Of a stretch of 64,000 nt of DNA, positions 26,468 to 36,029 are shown piece by piece (position 1 is the first letter of the stretch; every line of letters starts with the position of its first letter). Source of the DNA: a bacterium (GTDB lineage: Bacteria > Krumholzibacteriota > Krumholzibacteriia > G020349025); contig JANLSU010000001.1 of assembly GCA_031362565.1 (NCBI GenBank), forward strand, positions 1 to 64,000, written 5' to 3'. Under the pieces are notes generated by a model, which was not told where the DNA came from, made no database searches, and saw only the letters and a program-made list of their open reading frames with translations. Position numbers and translations under genes: made by a program.

Positions 26468-29164
26468 TTAGAGGCGGGTCGACAGGCGTTCCAAGGCGCG
26501 GACGAGATCGGGCCGTGTCGTCAGCACGGGCGCCATCTGGTCCTTTGGCGATTTTCGTAAGCGCTCGAGCACGGTGCGAATCGTGAAGGCACCGATCTCG
26601 AGCTTGGGCCCGACCTCGCGCCATTCGAGCGGCGTCGAGACCGGCGCGCCGGGCAGCGGGCGGACGCAAAAGGGCGCGGCCAACAACTGCCCGTGACGAT
26701 TTTGCAGCCAGTCGAGATACACCTTGCCGCCGCGCGCCGAGATCGTGCGCGCGATGGTCGAGATGTCACGATGGCGCTCGTGGATCACCCGCACCACCAA
26801 ATGCGCCAGTTGCCGCGATTGCTCGTACGTGCAGAGCCCGCCAAGTGGCAAGAGCACATGGAGTCCTGTCGATCCGCTGGTCTTGACGAAGGCCGGCAGC
26901 TCGATCTCGTCGCACAGCTCACCGATGGCGAGCGCTAGGCGCACGACGTGCGCGAACGGCGCCCCCTTGGGATCGAGGTCGAGAATGCACCAGTCCGGTT
27001 TTTGAATCGTCGCCACCCGGCTCGACCACACGTGCAGCGGAATCGCACCCATGTTGGCGATATAGAGGAGCATGTCCGTATCGTCGCAGACGAAATAGTC
27101 GATTTCTTTTTCCGCGTGCTCGCTCCAGACCCGCACGGTGCGGATCCACTTGGGCACGTAGTCGGGAGCATTCTTCTGGTAGAAGCTCTTGCCCTCGATG
27201 CCGTCGGGGAAGCGGGTCACGACCAGCGGCCGGTCGCGCAAATAGGGCAAGAGCCAGGGTGCAACGGCGCGGTAGTACTCGATGAGGTCGCCCTTGGTAT
27301 AGCGCTCGGCGGGCCAAAAGATTTTTTCCAGCCGTGAGAGACGCAGGACCCGCTCCGGCGGTACCGGCGAATCACTGGCGAACTCGGGCACGTCGTCGTC
27401 GGAGGCGGTACCGGCGGAGCTTTCCGCCACGCCGCCGGCGCCGGCTGGGTTCGTGTCGGACGACGGACGGGGCACGGGATGCGTGCACTCGTCCGGGCGC
27501 TTGTCCTCACGCAGGCGTACGAACACCGGGTGCCGCAGGTGGCCGTCGTCGGTGAACACCTTGTAGCGCACTTCGGCGACCCACTCGGGTTCGACCCAGA
27601 AGTTGCCGGGGGAAGTCGGCATGTCGCCCGTACAGAGTGGTTTCGGGCGGCGGTGCGCGTCGAGTGCGGTGCGCAACTCGGCCAGTTGCGAGTCCGTGAA
27701 ACCGGTGCCGACGCTGCCGCAATAGACCAGCGCACCACCGTCATACGCCGCCAGGTGCAGCGCGCCCAGTCCGGTGCGGGCACCCTGTGGCGCCGTGAAG
27801 CCGACGACGACGAAATCGCCGCTTCGATCCGCGACCATCTTGAGCCAGTTGCCCGAACGCCGCGAAACGTAGGTCGAGTTCGCCTTCTTGGCGAGCACGC
27901 CCTCCAAGCCCATGCGGCTCACTTGCGCGAACATTTCCTCGCCGCGCTCTTCGACGTGATCGGAGTAACGGAGTGGTCCAGAGCGCGGCAGGAGTTCGCG
28001 CAAGAGCGCCTTGCGTTCGACGAGCGGCACGTCGCGCAAGTCGAAGCCCTCGAACGCGAGCAGGTCGAACACGAAGAGCGTCGCCGGCAGTTCGACGGTG
28101 GCGCGTTCGATATCGGCCTGGCGCCGCAGCCGGCCGCGCTTCTGTAAGCGGTGAAAATCGGGCCGGCCGCTGTCGTCCAGCACCACGACCTCGCCATCCA
28201 GAACCAGCCCCGCGTAGGGCATAGCGCGCACCGCGGTCGCGAGATCGGGGAAGAGATCGGTGGCGTCGAGGCCGCTGCGATAGAGCAGTTTCACCGCGCC
28301 GTTCGCGTCGCGCGACGCGATCAGCCGGTAGCCGTCGTACTTGAGTTCGAAGATCCAGTCGGGCGACGAGAAGGGTGCGTCGGCCGTTTCGGCCAGCATC
28401 GGTTTCGTCTTGCCCGGATCGACGGCGTGGCGCGGTGCACCGAGGGCGGCGCAGCGGGCACGCAGCGTCGCAGTGCGATCCGAGCCGTCGCGCAGTTCCT
28501 CCAGCGTCAAACCGGAAAGAATGGAACGCTCATCGAAGGGTTTCGTGCCTTCGGGCGCCGCATACGAGTCGGCCTTCTTGATCAGCAACCAATCCTTATC
28601 GCTGTTCTTGAGGCGAATCAGCGTCCAAACGCCGCGCATCTTGTAACCGCGGAGTTCGAAATGCAGTTTGCCGGTCGCGAGTCCCTCGTCCGGGTCGTCG
28701 TACGGCACCCACACACCGCGGTCCCAAACGATGACCGCACCAGCGCCGTAGTTGCCCTTTGGAATCAGGCCTTCGAAGTCGGCGTACTCGACCGGATGAT
28801 CTTCGACTTTTACCGCCAGGCGTTTTTCTTTCGGATCGACGGACGGACCTTGGGGAACGGCCCACGACCAGAGCGTGCCGCCCCACTCGATGCGAAAATC
28901 GTGATGCAAGCGAGTCGCAGCGTGTTTCTGCACGACGAAGAGGCGCGGCCGCGTGCGACCGCGCGCCCCGAACGGTTCCGGTGTGCTCTCGACAGAGCGT
29001 TTGGCGCGGTACTTCTCCAGACGTTCGGTGGCGGGTTCGGGCATTGATGTCGGCGCCGGTGCCGGTGTCGTTGGCGTTGCCGGCTTCGCCTTCGCCTTGT
29101 GTGCTGGCGTGCGTGCCGCGCCGCGCGCGGTTCCCGACGTCTTCGTGGGTTTTTTCGCCGCCAT
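26468..29164 (-). CDS. ligD: NHEJ DNA ligase D (phosphoesterase-ligase-polymerase order)
   Basis: FVVQKHAATRLHHDFR and SWAVPQGPS (PE); ELKYDGYR, LDGEVV, EGVLAK (ligase); RFPDGI, DLDP, KTSGSTGLH (Pol). Confidence 0.96.
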   Translation of the reverse strand: MAAKKPTKTSGTARGAARTPAHKAKAKPATPTTPAPAPTSMPEPATERLEKYRAKRSVESTPEPFGARGRTRPRLFVVQKHAATRLHHDFRIEWGGTLWSWAVPQGPSVDPKEKRLAVKVEDHPVEYADFEGLIPKGNYGAGAVIVWDRGVWVPYDDPDEGLATGKLHFELRGYKMRGVWTLIRLKNSDKDWLLIKKADSYAAPEGTKPFDERSILSGLTLEELRDGSDRTATLRARCAALGAPRHAVDPGKTKPMLAETADAPFSSPDWIFELKYDGYRLIASRDANGAVKLLYRSGLDATDLFPDLATAVRAMPYAGLVLDGEVVVLDDSGRPDFHRLQKRGRLRRQADIERATVELPATLFVFDLLAFEGFDLRDVPLVERKALLRELLPRSGPLRYSDHVEERGEEMFAQVSRMGLEGVLAKKANSTYVSRRSGNWLKMVADRSGDFVVVGFTAPQGARTGLGALHLAAYDGGALVYCGSVGTGFTDSQLAELRTALDAHRRPKPLCTGDMPTSPGNFWVEPEWVAEVRYKVFTDDGHLRHPVFVRLREDKRPDECTHPVPRPSSDTNPAGAGGVAESSAGTASDDDVPEFASDSPVPPERVLRLSRLEKIFWPAERYTKGDLIEYYRAVAPWLLPYLRDRPLVVTRFPDGIEGKSFYQKNAPDYVPKWIRTVRVWSEHAEKEIDYFVCDDTDMLLYIANMGAIPLHVWSSRVATIQKPDWCILDLDPKGAPFAHVVRLALAIGELCDEIELPAFVKTSGSTGLHVLLPLGGLCTYEQSRQLAHLVVRVIHERHRDISTIARTISARGGKVYLDWLQNRHGQLLAAPFCVRPLPGAPVSTPLEWREVGPKLEIGAFTIRTVLERLRKSPKDQMAPVLTTRPDLVRALERLSTRL

Positions 29165-29250
29165 CGTGCGGAATCCTGTCGCCAAACATGGAGCGCGCGC
29201 CGGCAGAAAACCGTGGCCGGCGCCGCGCCGTACCATGATACAATGGGACC

Positions 29251-30132
29251 ATGGCAGCACGGTCCATCGCATCCGTCTACGTGTCCTTCGGGCTCGTCAA
29301 CATTCCGGTTCGCGTTTACTCCGCGAACCAGACCTCCGAATCCATTTCGTTCCACTTGCTGCACAAGAAGTGCGGCACCCGGCTCAAGCAGCAATACATC
29401 TGTCCCAAGGACCGGGACATCGTCGACCGCGAGGACATGGTCAAGGGCTACGAGTGGGCGAAAGACCAGTACGTGCTCTTCTCACCCGAAGAGCTGAAGG
29501 CGGTCGAGGAGGCTTCCACCAAGTCGATCGCGATTCAGGAGTTCGTGCCGCAGGACAAGGTCGACGCACTCTACTTCGAAAAGGCGTACTACCTGGGACC
29601 CGACAAGGGTGGCGAACGCGCCTACAAGCTTTTGGGTGAGGCGATGAAGAAGAGCGGCCTGGTCGGCGTCGCGCAGTACGCGGCGCGCGGCAAGGCGTAC
29701 ATCGTGCTGCTCAGACCGCTCGGCCCCGGCCTCGTCATGCAGCAACTGCGCTATTCCGACGAAGTGCGGCCGATGAACGACGTGCCGCTGCCGGAAAAAG
29801 TCGACGTCAAGGACGCCGAGCTCAAGCTGGCACTGCAGCTCATCGAGCAATCGGTGTCGAAGACCTTCGACCCCGACAAGTACAAGGACTCGGTGCGGGT
29901 GCGCGTGCTGGAGAATATTCAGAAGAAGGTCGAAGGCCAGGAATTCACCATGGCCCCCGAGGAAACCCCGAAGGCCCAAGTCATCGACCTCATGGAAGCC
30001 CTCAAGGCGAGCCTCGGCATGGGCGGCACGTCGGGTGCAAGCGCCGAGGCCAGCGAGCGCAAACCTGCGAAGCCGTCACCGCGCAAGGCGGAAGCGAAGG
30101 CGGCGCCGGTGGCGAAGAAGAAGGCCCGGTAG
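29251..30132 (+). CDS. ku: Ku protein
   Basis: SFGLVNIPV, VKGYE, YYLGP, IDLMEALKASL, and a basic Lys/Ala tail. Confidence 0.96.
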   Translation: MAARSIASVYVSFGLVNIPVRVYSANQTSESISFHLLHKKCGTRLKQQYICPKDRDIVDREDMVKGYEWAKDQYVLFSPEELKAVEEASTKSIAIQEFVPQDKVDALYFEKAYYLGPDKGGERAYKLLGEAMKKSGLVGVAQYAARGKAYIVLLRPLGPGLVMQQLRYSDEVRPMNDVPLPEKVDVKDAELKLALQLIEQSVSKTFDPDKYKDSVRVRVLENIQKKVEGQEFTMAPEETPKAQVIDLMEALKASLGMGGTSGASAEASERKPAKPSPRKAEAKAAPVAKKKAR

Positions 30133-30224
30133 CAGCCGCGGCCTTACCCGGCACGGCGCACCTCGATCATCAAACCGCCTGGAAAGACTTCCAACGCCGC
30201 CGCCGGTTGTGGTATTCCGGAAGC

Positions 30225-31106
30225 ATGGAACTCGCCTCCGATAAACCCCACGGCGAACACGGTGCCCCGGCGCGTGGCTACACGGCGTCGGAGGCGGCAC
30301 GTTTGCTCGAAATCAGCGTCGGTGAAATTCATTCGTGGGTGCGCTCGGACGTCGTTGCACCGGGCCGTGGGCCGCGCAATGAGTACCGCTTCTCGTTCCA
30401 AGACCTTGTCGTGTTGCGCGCGGCGCGCTCGCTGGCCTCGGAGCTACCGGCACGGCGCGTCAAGCGCGCGTTGCGGCGCTTGCGCGCCCAACTGCCGCAC
30501 GGCCGCGGGTTGGCGGGAGTGCGGCTCGCGGTAGAGGGTGAAGAGATCGTCGTTCGCGACGGTCAAGTGGCCTGGGAGCCGGAGTCGGGACAGGCGGTGC
30601 TCGACTTTGGCGCGCCCCGGCTCGTGCCGGGCGTCGCGGTGCTGCCAGCGCGTGGGGCCGCAGCGTCTCCGGGCGGGCGCACCGAAATCGACGCCGAAAG
30701 CTGGTTCGACCTCGGTTGCGAACTCGAATCCGAAAACACCGGGCAGGCTCGCGATGCCTACCGGCGCGCCTTGGAGCTCGACCCGGAACACTTCGATGCA
30801 CGCATCAACCTGGGCCGTCTCCTGCACGAATCCGGCGAATTCAGCGCCGCCGAGGCGAACTACCGGCTCGCGCTTCGCACTCGTCCCGGGGATGCGACCG
30901 CGTCGTTCAATCTGGGAGTGGCGCTCGAAGATCAGCGGCGGCCCGCCGAGGCGTTGCAGGCCTACGAACAGGCGATTGCGACGGACCCGCGCTACGCCGA
31001 CGCACACTATAATCTGTCGCAACTCTACGAACGGCTCGGCCGCCCCACCGAGGCGCTGCGACACCTGCAGACCTACCGCGCCCTGATCGAAGACCACGGC
31101 GTCTGA
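30225..31106 (+). CDS. MerR-like HTH + TPR protein
   Basis: YTASEAARLLEIS..W..YRFSFQDLVVLRAA, WEPESGQAVLDF linker, then about 4 TPRs (ARINLGRLL, ASFNLGVAL, DAHYNL). Confidence 0.85.
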   Translation: MELASDKPHGEHGAPARGYTASEAARLLEISVGEIHSWVRSDVVAPGRGPRNEYRFSFQDLVVLRAARSLASELPARRVKRALRRLRAQLPHGRGLAGVRLAVEGEEIVVRDGQVAWEPESGQAVLDFGAPRLVPGVAVLPARGAAASPGGRTEIDAESWFDLGCELESENTGQARDAYRRALELDPEHFDARINLGRLLHESGEFSAAEANYRLALRTRPGDATASFNLGVALEDQRRPAEALQAYEQAIATDPRYADAHYNLSQLYERLGRPTEALRHLQTYRALIEDHGV

Positions 31107-31117
31107 AACGCATCAAT

Positions 31118-32581
31118 CTATGATTCGCGCGTCGCCAAGGCCCGCGCCGCCCGGCGCAGGTCCGAGAGCGCCATCGCCATGCGGTCGCCGTGGGTGCGGA
31201 AAGACAGGACGCAGATCCGCAGCACGAACTTGCCGCCCAGGGTCGTGCTCGACAAGTGCACGCGTTGCATGTCGTTGACGCGCTGCAACAACTGAGCGTT
31301 GAACTCGTTCACGTCGCCGCGCTCGGGCACGTAGCGGAACGCGACGACCGACAACTGCGGTTCGTCGATCAACTCGAAGCCGGGTTCGGCGCGCAGTTCG
31401 TCGGCCGCCCAGCGTGCCAACTCGAGCTTTTCGCGCAGGTTGTCGCGGAACGCCTCGACACCGAACATCTGCAACGGCAGCCACAAGCGCATCCCACGAA
31501 AATCACGTGACAGCTCCGGCGAGACGTTGGCGAAACTGACTGCATCGGCGGGTTCCTCGAGATCCTGCAGGTAGTCCGCATGGAACGTGTGGGCGCGCCG
31601 CAGCGCGTCCGGGTCACGCACCAAGAGACAGCCCGTTCCATACGGCAGGAAGAGACCCTTGTGGGGATCGAGCACCAGAGAATCGGCGTGTTCGAGCCCC
31701 GGCAGAAGCGCCTCGCCGCCGGGCGCCAAGCGGAAGAAGCCGCCATACGCCGCATCGACGTGCAGCCAGAGATCATTGAGCCGGCACACATCGGCGATGG
31801 CGGGAATCGGATCGATAGCGCCGGTATTTGTCGTTCCGGCATTGCCGACCACCAAAAACGGTTTCAGATGGCGCGCCCGGTCGACCGCGATCGCGTCCTC
31901 GAGTGCCTCGACCCGCAACCGGTAACGCTTGTCCACCGGCAGCGGTCGCAGGTTGCGTTCTGAAAAGCCGGCCAGGATCGCCGCCTTGTGAATGGAATGG
32001 TGCGACTCCTCGGAGAAATACAACACCGCATCACGGAAATCGTCCCCGAGCCGCGTCCGCCGCGCCGTCACCAGCGCGATCAAGTTCGACATCGACCCGC
32101 CGCTCGTCAGAATACCGCCGGCGCCGGCCGGGTAGCCCACGAGTTCGCGCAGCCAATCGATAGCGGTGACTTCCATTTGCACGAGCGCCGGTGCCGCGTG
32201 CCATACGCCGACGTAGCGGTTGACGGCGGCGGCAAGATAGTCACCGAGTGCCGCCGGATAGAGCCCACCACCTGGGATGTAGGCGAGATACCCCGGGCTC
32301 GCGGTGTTGCGTGACTTGGGCACGGCAGTGGCGAAACGCTCGAGCAATGCGGCAATCGGGTGCGCGGTCGCGGGCGGAGGTTCACGAAATCGATCTGCCA
32401 CGGCGCGCGCGCCATCCAGATCCCACGCCGGCTGCTCGGGCAAGGATGCGATGTGGTCGATGGCAAACCGGGTGCACGCATCGGTTGCATCGCGCATTGC
32501 CGCCGGGGTCAACTCCAAGCTCACGGCGTCTTGCGGCAGCGGGTGGTGCGGCGGCAAATCGGCGGCGTCAGTCCTCGGCAT
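31118..32581 (-). CDS. Group II PLP-dependent amino-acid decarboxylase
   Basis: [43 protein letters not shown]. Confidence 0.93.
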   Translation of the reverse strand: MPRTDAADLPPHHPLPQDAVSLELTPAAMRDATDACTRFAIDHIASLPEQPAWDLDGARAVADRFREPPPATAHPIAALLERFATAVPKSRNTASPGYLAYIPGGGLYPAALGDYLAAAVNRYVGVWHAAPALVQMEVTAIDWLRELVGYPAGAGGILTSGGSMSNLIALVTARRTRLGDDFRDAVLYFSEESHHSIHKAAILAGFSERNLRPLPVDKRYRLRVEALEDAIAVDRARHLKPFLVVGNAGTTNTGAIDPIPAIADVCRLNDLWLHVDAAYGGFFRLAPGGEALLPGLEHADSLVLDPHKGLFLPYGTGCLLVRDPDALRRAHTFHADYLQDLEEPADAVSFANVSPELSRDFRGMRLWLPLQMFGVEAFRDNLREKLELARWAADELRAEPGFELIDEPQLSVVAFRYVPERGDVNEFNAQLLQRVNDMQRVHLSSTTLGGKFVLRICVLSFRTHGDRMAMALSDLRRAARALATRES

Positions 32582-32601
32582 GGCGGCACTCCGGTCGCGG
32601 A

Positions 32602-33486
32602 TCAAAGATGGAACGGCACGGCGAGCGGCTGATGATAGTGCAGGATCGCTTTGACGAGGAAGGCGTCCACGACCAGGTGCACGAACAGCACGTAGACGAG
32701 CGCGCGGGTGCGCTCGTAGACGGCGCCTTGGATGAGCGCAAAAAGAAAGATGAGCACCGGCCCAATGCCGATGAACGCCATGTCGGTCAGGACACTCGTG
32801 TACACGACGGCCTGCGCCAGGTTGGCAACCCGCGGCGAGAACAGCGATCGCAACACGGCGTAGACGGTATTGATGAAGAAGAGTTCGTCCCAAATGCCGA
32901 CGCTATTGATGCCGTAGAAAAGCCGCCAGATCTGCGATGCCGGGCTCGCGTGGTCGATGGGCCACTGCAGCGGCATCTCGGGTGTTGCGACGAAAAAATA
33001 CCAGTGCACTATGAACCAAGCGAGCGGGATCGAAGTGAGGGCATAGAAGATCTCGGTCGCTTGCCAGTGGCGCGGCCAGAGCGTGTACTCGATGACGCCG
33101 GGATCCCACCTCCGCAAGATGAAATACGGCCCGGCCGCCACGGCCGCGAACGCGAGCCCGATGCGCAGGAAATTGGTGTTCGAGAATTCGGTGCCGATGG
33201 GTACGATCGCGAGCACCAGAACGGCACCCAAAAGGACGCCCAGCCGGAGCCGGAACACCCGCGCTGGATGCCGGAGCGTGAGCACTGCGGCGACGAGCCA
33301 AGCGGCGAGTCCCGGCACCCACCAGGCGAGCGGAATGAGGAGCGCCGCCGAGACGGCGAAGGCCGCCACCGCGACGATCGCCGGCCGGTCCCGGCTCCAG
33401 TCCAGAGCAAGCTCCGTCGGGGAACGAGACTCCAACGGGCCGCCGCCCGGTCCGTGCGCTTCACTTGCATGCGTCGATGGGGTCAC
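32602..33486 (-). CDS. CPBP (CAAX/Abi) family intramembrane protease
   Basis: Multi-TM; WDELFF, ANLAQA, YERTRAL..HL; GTGA overlap with the queG stop. Confidence 0.7.
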   Translation of the reverse strand: MTPSTHASEAHGPGGGPLESRSPTELALDWSRDRPAIVAVAAFAVSAALLIPLAWWVPGLAAWLVAAVLTLRHPARVFRLRLGVLLGAVLVLAIVPIGTEFSNTNFLRIGLAFAAVAAGPYFILRRWDPGVIEYTLWPRHWQATEIFYALTSIPLAWFIVHWYFFVATPEMPLQWPIDHASPASQIWRLFYGINSVGIWDELFFINTVYAVLRSLFSPRVANLAQAVVYTSVLTDMAFIGIGPVLIFLFALIQGAVYERTRALVYVLFVHLVVDAFLVKAILHYHQPLAVPFHL

Positions 33487-34604
33487 GAGGCCTCGCGGGC
33501 TTCGAGCGCGGCGGCGATTTCCTCGCGCACCCATGGATCATCTTCGACCGAGGCACGATCCTGCAACGCAATCCGTGCCGCGGCAGTGCCGGTGCACCCC
33601 AATGCCCAGGCCACGTGCCCACGGACGAGGGCGGCCGGATCATCGAGCCGCGCGACCAGCGCCGGTACCACCTCCGGCGCGCCCCAATTGCCGAGCGCAA
33701 TGGCGACGTTGCGAATGAACCCGTCGTACGTCGCGCGGCGCACCGGCGTCTTCTTGAAACGGCGATTCCACTCGGTCCGTGTCATGCCCATCCACTCGAG
33801 CAAACTCGGATTCAGGTGTCCCGGCTTGGGCTCGAAGCCTTCGACGCGGCTCCGCACCGCATGGCGGTTCCACGGGCAGACGTCCTGGCAATCGTCACAG
33901 CCGAAAATGCGATTGCCGATGGCTGGACGCAATGCGCGGTCGATGGGACCCCGGTGTTCGATCGTCAGGTAGGCGATGCAGCGCCGCGCATCAAGCACGT
34001 AGGGCGCGATGATTGCGCCCGTTGGACACACTTCGATGCAGCGGGTGCAGGTTCCGCACCGGTCGCGGGCGGGCGCGTCCGGTACGAGTTCCAGATCGAC
34101 GGCGAGTCCGCCGAGGAAGAACCACGATCCGTCGCGCCCGGCGATCAGGTTCGTGTGCTTGCCGCGCCAGCCGATTCCGGCGGCTTCGGCGACGCCCTTT
34201 TCCTGCACCGGCGCCGTATCGGTGAACGCATGGGTGCGGCATCCGGGCACGAGCGCCTCGATTGCGGTGCGCAGCACCTCGAGCCGGGCTCGCACTTCGT
34301 GGTGATAGTCGCGTCCCCAAGCATAGCGCGAGATGGCGCCACGCGCCGGGTCGGTGGAAAGTTCATGTTCGGTGTTGTAGGCGAGCGCGACGGCGATCAG
34401 GGAGCGCGCCCAGGGCACGTATTGCACGGGATCGGCGCGCCGGCCGTCCGGATCCTCCATGTAGCGCATGGTGCCGTGCATGCCGGCTGCAAGCCACTCA
34501 CCGAGCCGCTCCGCGTCGTGCGCCGGGCGTGCAACAGTGAAGCCGACGCGCTCGAAGCCCGCGGTGTGGGCTGCATCACGAATGAGATCCGTCGCAGTTC
34601 GCAT
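33483..34604 (-). CDS. queG: Epoxyqueuosine reductase
   Basis: ISRYAWGRDYH, DTAPVQEK, CGTCTRCIEVCPT, RCIAYLTIE, GCDDCQDVCPWN, HEAT tail. Confidence 0.96.
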   Translation of the reverse strand: MRTATDLIRDAAHTAGFERVGFTVARPAHDAERLGEWLAAGMHGTMRYMEDPDGRRADPVQYVPWARSLIAVALAYNTEHELSTDPARGAISRYAWGRDYHHEVRARLEVLRTAIEALVPGCRTHAFTDTAPVQEKGVAEAAGIGWRGKHTNLIAGRDGSWFFLGGLAVDLELVPDAPARDRCGTCTRCIEVCPTGAIIAPYVLDARRCIAYLTIEHRGPIDRALRPAIGNRIFGCDDCQDVCPWNRHAVRSRVEGFEPKPGHLNPSLLEWMGMTRTEWNRRFKKTPVRRATYDGFIRNVAIALGNWGAPEVVPALVARLDDPAALVRGHVAWALGCTGTAAARIALQDRASVEDDPWVREEIAAALEAREAS

Positions 34605-34674
34605 GCACGGCATCGTATCAGAAGGCCGCGAGGCCTCGCGCCCAGGTGCGCCGGATTCCGGTAAGATAGAGGCG

Positions 34675-35736
34675 GTGATGTGGGCTCCCGTGGCCCACGC
34701 GCCGGGGAGGGATTTCGTGACGCAGGACACCATCGGCCGGGCGCTCCGGAACCTGCGCCTTTCGGTGACGGACCGCTGCAACTTGCGTTGCGCGTATTGC
34801 ATGCCGGAAGCCGACTACACTTGGCTGCCTCGCGAAGATCTTCTGTCGTTCGAAGAGATCGACCGCGTCGTAAGCGTCTTTGCGTCGCTCGGAGTCGACA
34901 AGGTCCGGCTGACGGGCGGCGAGCCGCTCCTGCGGCGTGACCTGCCCGAACTCGTTCGCCTGTTGGCTGCGCGACGGGAACTGCACGACATCGCTTTGAC
35001 CACGAACGGCGTGCGCCTGGCAGAACACGCCGCGGCATTGCGTGCGGCAGGTTTGCGGCGCGTTACCGTGAGCTTGGACACGCTGCAGCCCGAGCGCTTC
35101 CGGGCGCTGACGCGCCGCGACGACCTCGATCACGTGCTCGAGGGCATCGAAGCCGCCCGCACCGCGGGGTTCAGCGAAACCAAAATCGATGCCGTCGTGG
35201 TCCGGGGCACGAACGACGATGAACTCGCCGACCTGGTCGACTTCGGGCGCGAACGCAGCATCGAAGTACGGTTCATCGAGTATATGGATGTGGGCGGCGC
35301 GACGCGCTGGTCCCCGGCGAGCGTCGTGACGCGGGCGGAAATGCTCTCGACGCTCGAACGCCACTATGGCCGCGTCGAACCCGTCGCCGGACGCGGCAGT
35401 GCGCCGGCGGAGCAATTCCGGCTCGCCGACGGCACTGTTTTTGGCATCATCGCCTCCACGAGCCAGCCGTTTTGCCAGGACTGCGATCGCAGCCGCTTGA
35501 CCGCCGACGGCCAATGGCTGACATGTCTCTATGCGACACAAGGATTGGATTTGCGTGGTCCGCTCCGCGCCGGAATGCCGTTCGCGGAGTTGCACGCCAT
35601 GCTCGATCGAGCCTGGCAGAATCGCACCGACCGTGGCGCCGAGGAACGCCTTGCGTCCCGCGAACGCGGGGCGTTCATCGCGGTGGATCGGTTGCGCCGC
35701 GAGCCGCACCTCGAGATGCACACTCGCGGTGGTTGA
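34675..35736 (+). CDS. moaA: GTP 3',8-cyclase (radical SAM)
   Basis: LRLSVTDRCNLRCAYC, RLTGGEP, RFIEYM, FCQDCDRSRLTADG, C-terminal GG. Start may be 34717. Confidence 0.96.
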   Translation: MMWAPVAHAPGRDFVTQDTIGRALRNLRLSVTDRCNLRCAYCMPEADYTWLPREDLLSFEEIDRVVSVFASLGVDKVRLTGGEPLLRRDLPELVRLLAARRELHDIALTTNGVRLAEHAAALRAAGLRRVTVSLDTLQPERFRALTRRDDLDHVLEGIEAARTAGFSETKIDAVVVRGTNDDELADLVDFGRERSIEVRFIEYMDVGGATRWSPASVVTRAEMLSTLERHYGRVEPVAGRGSAPAEQFRLADGTVFGIIASTSQPFCQDCDRSRLTADGQWLTCLYATQGLDLRGPLRAGMPFAELHAMLDRAWQNRTDRGAEERLASRERGAFIAVDRLRREPHLEMHTRGG

Positions 35737-35838
35737 TCGTCCGGCATGGCACCGCCGGGGAAAGATGCGGCCGCGCCCGATGGGGAGCGGGGGATGTCAT
35801 GCTCGGAACGCGACCGCAATCCAGGTGAAATCTGTGAC

Positions 35839-35932
35839 TCGCGGTTGCCCGTGCGCTGGTCCGGAAGACCTTCGGCCGACCAACACGGGTCGGGCTTGGG
35901 CCAAGACGACGCTGCTACGAGGGCAACCGCGA
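35839..35932. repeat. 12-bp perfect inverted repeat enclosing nested hairpins
   Basis: tcgcggttgccc ... gggcaaccgcga in the convergent moaA/thiolase gap. Confidence 0.6.
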
Positions 35933-36029
35933 AGCAATGTCGATCGACCCAAACGATAGCGGACGAGTGTAAAGAACCGATGAACTCGGAGCGAAAGTTC
36001 AATCGTTAGGGCGGCCTTGCTTCGCCCGT

